From a virus (lineage: Duplodnaviria; Caudoviricetes): DNA of 48,580 nt. Below the pieces are notes generated by a model. That model was not told where the DNA came from. It was given only the letters and a program-made list of their open reading frames with translations, and searched no databases. The stretch is taken from the IMG/VR virus record IMGVR_UViG_3300020508_000071, positions 1 to 48,580 of that record. The stretch is one strand, 5' to 3'. The position numbers and the translations under genes were made by a program. Positions 44,992 through 48,580 of the stretch are shown here, piece after piece. Every line of letters starts with the position of its first letter. Within the stretch, counting starts at the first letter, position 1.

Positions 44992-46584
44992 CTATTTTTC
45001 TTCATCTTTTTGATTGTAAACTTCTGAAAAACTTTCCCATCCTCCATCGCCTTCCATGGCTACGCCACTAATAGAGTCATCTATTTCATCCTTTGGCTTC
45101 CATGCTTTCTTGTTTTTATCGATGTCACGAACCATGTCGGTTTCAACCTCAGACGAGGCATATTCTTTATGAGAATTCAAACGCAACTTGTATTCATTGT
45201 GATGTATTTCTTGAATTTTAAGACTTTCCTTATCAAATGATAGGTAAATCTGATAGCGGCTTTTACCATCACGTTGTTTTACTACATATCCACGCCCAAT
45301 GCCCAAAAACTTTTCTGTATCATTTTGGTTAAGAGAAATACAGCCATCGAGAGGACGTATTTGACCATATGAATCAGCTAAGTGATCATCATCTAAACGA
45401 CCTTTATCTCCCTTGCCATCCTTCTTGCCATCTCTATTTGGTTGCATAGCTGTGGCTATAAACAACTTTTCTTCCATGGCCATTCCACGCAATTCACGGA
45501 CATTTCTTTCTCTCGATTCTGGCGTCTTCATTTCAGGATGAAGTGCCATTTCTCCAACATAATCAAGAATTACAAAGTCTGGATCAAATCCTTGAAATCG
45601 TAATTGACTAATGTAGGCTCGAATAGTGTTTACCGTTGCGGTTCCAGCGGGGAATTGCTTGATAATGAGAGGTCCAATTTCCGAATTCAAATCGACATTT
45701 TGTAAATTCTCCAACCTCTTAAAAATGTCATCCTTGTTGTCCAGCAAATTTTGAACTGGTAAACCTGTAAGAATTGCATCCATTCGATCAGCAACTTTTG
45801 GCTCTGCCAGTTCAAGTGTTATATAAACGCCTTTCTTGCCGCGACACAAGTTTGTTGCAGCCAGACATGCAAGCATAACTGATTTACCAACACCTGAGCC
45901 AGCTATAATTGATACAATTTCACCACGGCTGTATCCGCCACCACCTATTTCAGAATCAATAGATGGTAGGCCAAAAATAAAACGATCCTGAGTGTCTGTA
46001 GTTTCTGCTTTTTCAGCATATCGTTCTTGAAGACTCTTAAAATAGTCCATGCCTAAGTCAAAGTTTTGCTGCGTCTGCATGGCTGTACGCATTTCGTCAT
46101 AAACTTTAGACCATGTCTCTTCCGATTCTGGTGCCTTGTCAATTAGCTTTAATGAGTCTTGAAAAGCTTTCTTAACTGACTGTATTTTTGCAAAACATAA
46201 TATTTTGTCTTGTAAATACTCTCTAGCTTCTAATCCCGGTTGGAAATAATCAAACAAAACATTGACTTCACCTAAATAAAACGACAATGCTTTGTTGTCT
46301 TTTAACTGAGTTTTTATTTCGCTTACAAGAAAGTCTTTACGAGGTAAAATTCGGTATTTCTTAAAAAAGTTGAAAACAATTTCGCAAATCTTAGCATGGG
46401 CTTTGTTGGTGAAGTAATTTGGCTTCACAATATCGATTGACTGGAGCAAAAATTGTCTATCAGAAATTAACAGCGATGTAATGTGTCTCTGAAAGTCTTC
46501 GTCCCAAGAATACTTAGAATCGACACTCGCATCAGGATCAACTAATGTGGGGTCATCTAAAAACTGTTCATCACTCATGAGCAC
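44992..46584 (-). CDS. DnaB / T4 gp41-like replicative helicase
   Basis: Walker A AGSGVGKS, YITLEL, IIKQFP, ILDYV, TAMQPNR and KQRDG motifs. Confidence 0.92.
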   Translation of the reverse strand: MLMSDEQFLDDPTLVDPDASVDSKYSWDEDFQRHITSLLISDRQFLLQSIDIVKPNYFTNKAHAKICEIVFNFFKKYRILPRKDFLVSEIKTQLKDNKALSFYLGEVNVLFDYFQPGLEAREYLQDKILCFAKIQSVKKAFQDSLKLIDKAPESEETWSKVYDEMRTAMQTQQNFDLGMDYFKSLQERYAEKAETTDTQDRFIFGLPSIDSEIGGGGYSRGEIVSIIAGSGVGKSVMLACLAATNLCRGKKGVYITLELAEPKVADRMDAILTGLPVQNLLDNKDDIFKRLENLQNVDLNSEIGPLIIKQFPAGTATVNTIRAYISQLRFQGFDPDFVILDYVGEMALHPEMKTPESRERNVRELRGMAMEEKLFIATAMQPNRDGKKDGKGDKGRLDDDHLADSYGQIRPLDGCISLNQNDTEKFLGIGRGYVVKQRDGKSRYQIYLSFDKESLKIQEIHHNEYKLRLNSHKEYASSEVETDMVRDIDKNKKAWKPKDEIDDSISGVAMEGDGGWESFSEVYNQKDEEK

Positions 46585-46759
46585 ACTCCTCTATTCTCTA
46601 ACTACTCTTATCATTCTATATTTTATAGTGCAAATTCTACCCTTTTTCTAGACTTAAATTATCAAGCAAAACGACTAGGTTTTTTAGTGTTTCGCAAGTC
46701 TTAATAGTCAAAAAGAGACTTTAGATTCTAAAGAATTTGTGCGTGTGGCCATTAATAAG

Positions 46760-46813
46760 AAAAAAAAAAAAAAAGAAACAGACTCCAAGGTAATATTATC
46801 TTGGAGTCTGTTT
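46760..46813 (-). terminator. intrinsic terminator
   Basis: AAACAGACTCCAAG/CTTGGAGTCTGTTT stem followed by C and U15. Confidence 0.85.
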
Positions 46814-46854
46814 TGGGGGCGAATAACCGCCGCACTCCACCAGTCGCAAGCGAC
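46760..46854 (-). ncRNA. candidate ~90-nt sRNA complementary to tmRNA termini
   Basis: Upstream promoter, 5' G(CUUG)C hairpin, UGGUGGAGUGCGGCGGUUAUUCGCCCCC core, and a 14-bp terminator with a long U-tract. Confidence 0.6.
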
Positions 46855-46860
46855 AAAATT

Positions 46861-46888
46861 ATTATACCTGAATTTTTAAGATTTGCAA
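46861..46888 (-). promoter_or_regulatory. sigma70-type promoter
   Basis: TTGCAA-N16-TATAAT; predicted TSS near 46854. Confidence 0.65.
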
Positions 46889-46917
46889 CCATAAAGTTCA
46901 AATCTATCGCATAAAAA

Positions 46918-47505
46918 TCACTTTGCTTCTATGTGGCTAATTGCTTCTTGAGTGACTTGCAAACCTGTAAAATTAGCTATTCGTTGTACTTGAAAAACAG
47001 GATTTGATAACATGTCATGGTGGTGCATTTGCAAAATGTCTCCTTTGTAATTTTTAATCTGTTCGTGCATTTTGCCAACATAAAAATTTGCAAGAGGCAT
47101 GTATCTTTTTAAATCAGATTCTTTCAAGGCTATTGCCATGCTTTTTCCAATCTCATTGATTGGTCGATGACAAACAATAAGTTTGTGATTTGTTTGTAGA
47201 TTATAAACAAAACGTGATAAATTGGTGCATAGTAGAGGATCTTTTATGCCCCAAAGATCACTCTCTTGTTCACGTCGCTTAATTAAAGATGCATAATTAT
47301 CAAGCAATTGGGGATTTACATCAAGATCACCAGCATCAAATTTTGTATGAAAGTTTTTAAATTCAATATCTTCATAATAACCATGTATATTGTTTGAAGT
47401 TGGGCTATCGAACATAAAACCCATATTGACTCCTAGTTTCTGCAATACGCCAGCTACTGCACTTGTGCCGCTTCTATAACAACCCAAAACAATCACACAT
47501 GCCAT
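46918..47505 (-). CDS. sulfotransferase-family protein
   Basis: VLGCYRSGTS (PAPS-binding loop), N..GYYED and WGIKDP motifs. Confidence 0.85.
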   Translation of the reverse strand: MACVIVLGCYRSGTSAVAGVLQKLGVNMGFMFDSPTSNNIHGYYEDIEFKNFHTKFDAGDLDVNPQLLDNYASLIKRREQESDLWGIKDPLLCTNLSRFVYNLQTNHKLIVCHRPINEIGKSMAIALKESDLKRYMPLANFYVGKMHEQIKNYKGDILQMHHHDMLSNPVFQVQRIANFTGLQVTQEAISHIEAK

Positions 47506-47507
47506 AT

Positions 47508-47930
47508 TCAAAAACCTTCTTTTGTCCAATTAACTAAGGGCTTCAAAATTAAAAACTTAAAGTCACTTTGTGCACTGCTCGCATCCATTCGGTTTGGTAT
47601 GTATGTCGCAAAATAACGCATAAATATATCATATTCATGACGATTAATTGCATAAAATTTTTCCCCCCAATTCGAATTTGAAGTTACCGAAATTATGAAA
47701 TAATTTTCAGAAGCGAACCACACTGTAGGATCGAGAAAAACAACAGTATCAATACTATAACGGCGTAATAAACCATACAAAGAATATGAAAATATAAAGT
47801 TATTGATTTGAATGCTTTCAACAAAACTTCGATTGCCTCCCCTAAATTCACATCGAATATTTTTGTTATCTAAAACTAATTCGCCTACACCTAATAAATT
47901 AAGTGTGGTCGTATTCATATCCATGCTCAT
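47508..47930 (-). CDS. hypothetical protein
   Basis: 140-aa ORF ending WTKEGF. Confidence 0.55.
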   Translation of the reverse strand: MSMDMNTTTLNLLGVGELVLDNKNIRCEFRGGNRSFVESIQINNFIFSYSLYGLLRRYSIDTVVFLDPTVWFASENYFIISVTSNSNWGEKFYAINRHEYDIFMRYFATYIPNRMDASSAQSDFKFLILKPLVNWTKEGF

Positions 47931-48579
47931 GCGAGAAATAATCCTTGATCTCTTCTGTAATCTTTGAAATAATCAATGCTTCGCTTGATGAACACACCGA
48001 AAAAAGTTCATCCTTATATGTTGAACGCTGAATGAAAGGAGACAAAGCCAGATAATAGGGCGAAACTTTACCAGTAGCAACCCATAGCCTAAAAACACCA
48101 CTTTTAATAAATGACAAAAGCTTTTCATAAGTTGGACTACCATCACATTTTTCAAACAGAAATTTTCGGTTTTTGTCAATTTCAGCAATTATCTTAGGAT
48201 TGGTATTTTGTACTGACGGCGGGGGTATTTGAGCACCGACATCAGCAATTTTTTGATCATATCTTCGTTTCCAAACCTTGTATCTTATCCAAGCCTTATC
48301 GCCTGTAACGCAATTTGGCTCAACATGGCCCTTATGAGCTTTGATTATGAATAAATTAGCCCGGATATAATTCTTGTATTCAGTCTGCTCCAACAAGCCA
48401 CGGGTTTCTCTACGAAGTTTCCAGCAGTATCTAAATAGGCTTGATTTCCTCGGATCACTACGCAAAGGGAGTGAATTGCGACGAATAGCTTGACCATCAA
48501 TATTGTCTAAGAATAGACGGCGAAACTCCTGCTCATAAATTAAAGCAATATGAAAGACTTCGCCTTCATCGACGGTCAT
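47899..48579 (-). CDS. hypothetical protein, possibly 5'-truncated by the window edge
   Basis: 226-aa ORF reaching the window end. Confidence 0.65.
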   Translation of the reverse strand: MTVDEGEVFHIALIYEQEFRRLFLDNIDGQAIRRNSLPLRSDPRKSSLFRYCWKLRRETRGLLEQTEYKNYIRANLFIIKAHKGHVEPNCVTGDKAWIRYKVWKRRYDQKIADVGAQIPPPSVQNTNPKIIAEIDKNRKFLFEKCDGSPTYEKLLSFIKSGVFRLWVATGKVSPYYLALSPFIQRSTYKDELFSVCSSSEALIISKITEEIKDYFSHEHGYEYDHT

Positions 48580-48580
48580 A

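Overview
AT-rich, gene-dense window that reads as part of a large T4-like (jumbo) phage genome rather than a cellular chromosome. Evidence: a gp41-like helicase, UvsY-like, gp32-like SSB and UvsX/RecA module, a dNMP kinase, thyA/folA, a gp4/TnsA-like nuclease, a stand-alone N-terminal DnaE piece and many small ORFans with virion-targeting-like N-termini. The centre holds a compact type V-I CRISPR-Cas locus. It comprises a 1093-aa RuvC effector that I recognise from memory as Cas12i1 (22107..25388, -) and an 11-repeat/10-spacer array (25827..26569, transcribed on -), with no cas1/cas2/cas4 in the window. Directly downstream of the effector is a promoter-driven cluster of aberrant tRNA-like RNAs (about 21440..22004), followed by a solitary degenerate CRISPR repeat (21364..21398). 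Elsewhere there is a candidate small RNA complementary to both ends of a tmRNA (46760..46854), a PrkA/YeaH/SpoVR module, HldE/GT9/methyl-/sulfotransferase genes, an Acb1-like 2H phosphoesterase and a Hel308/Ski2-like helicase. All calls come from reading motifs by eye; no database searches or folding programs were run.
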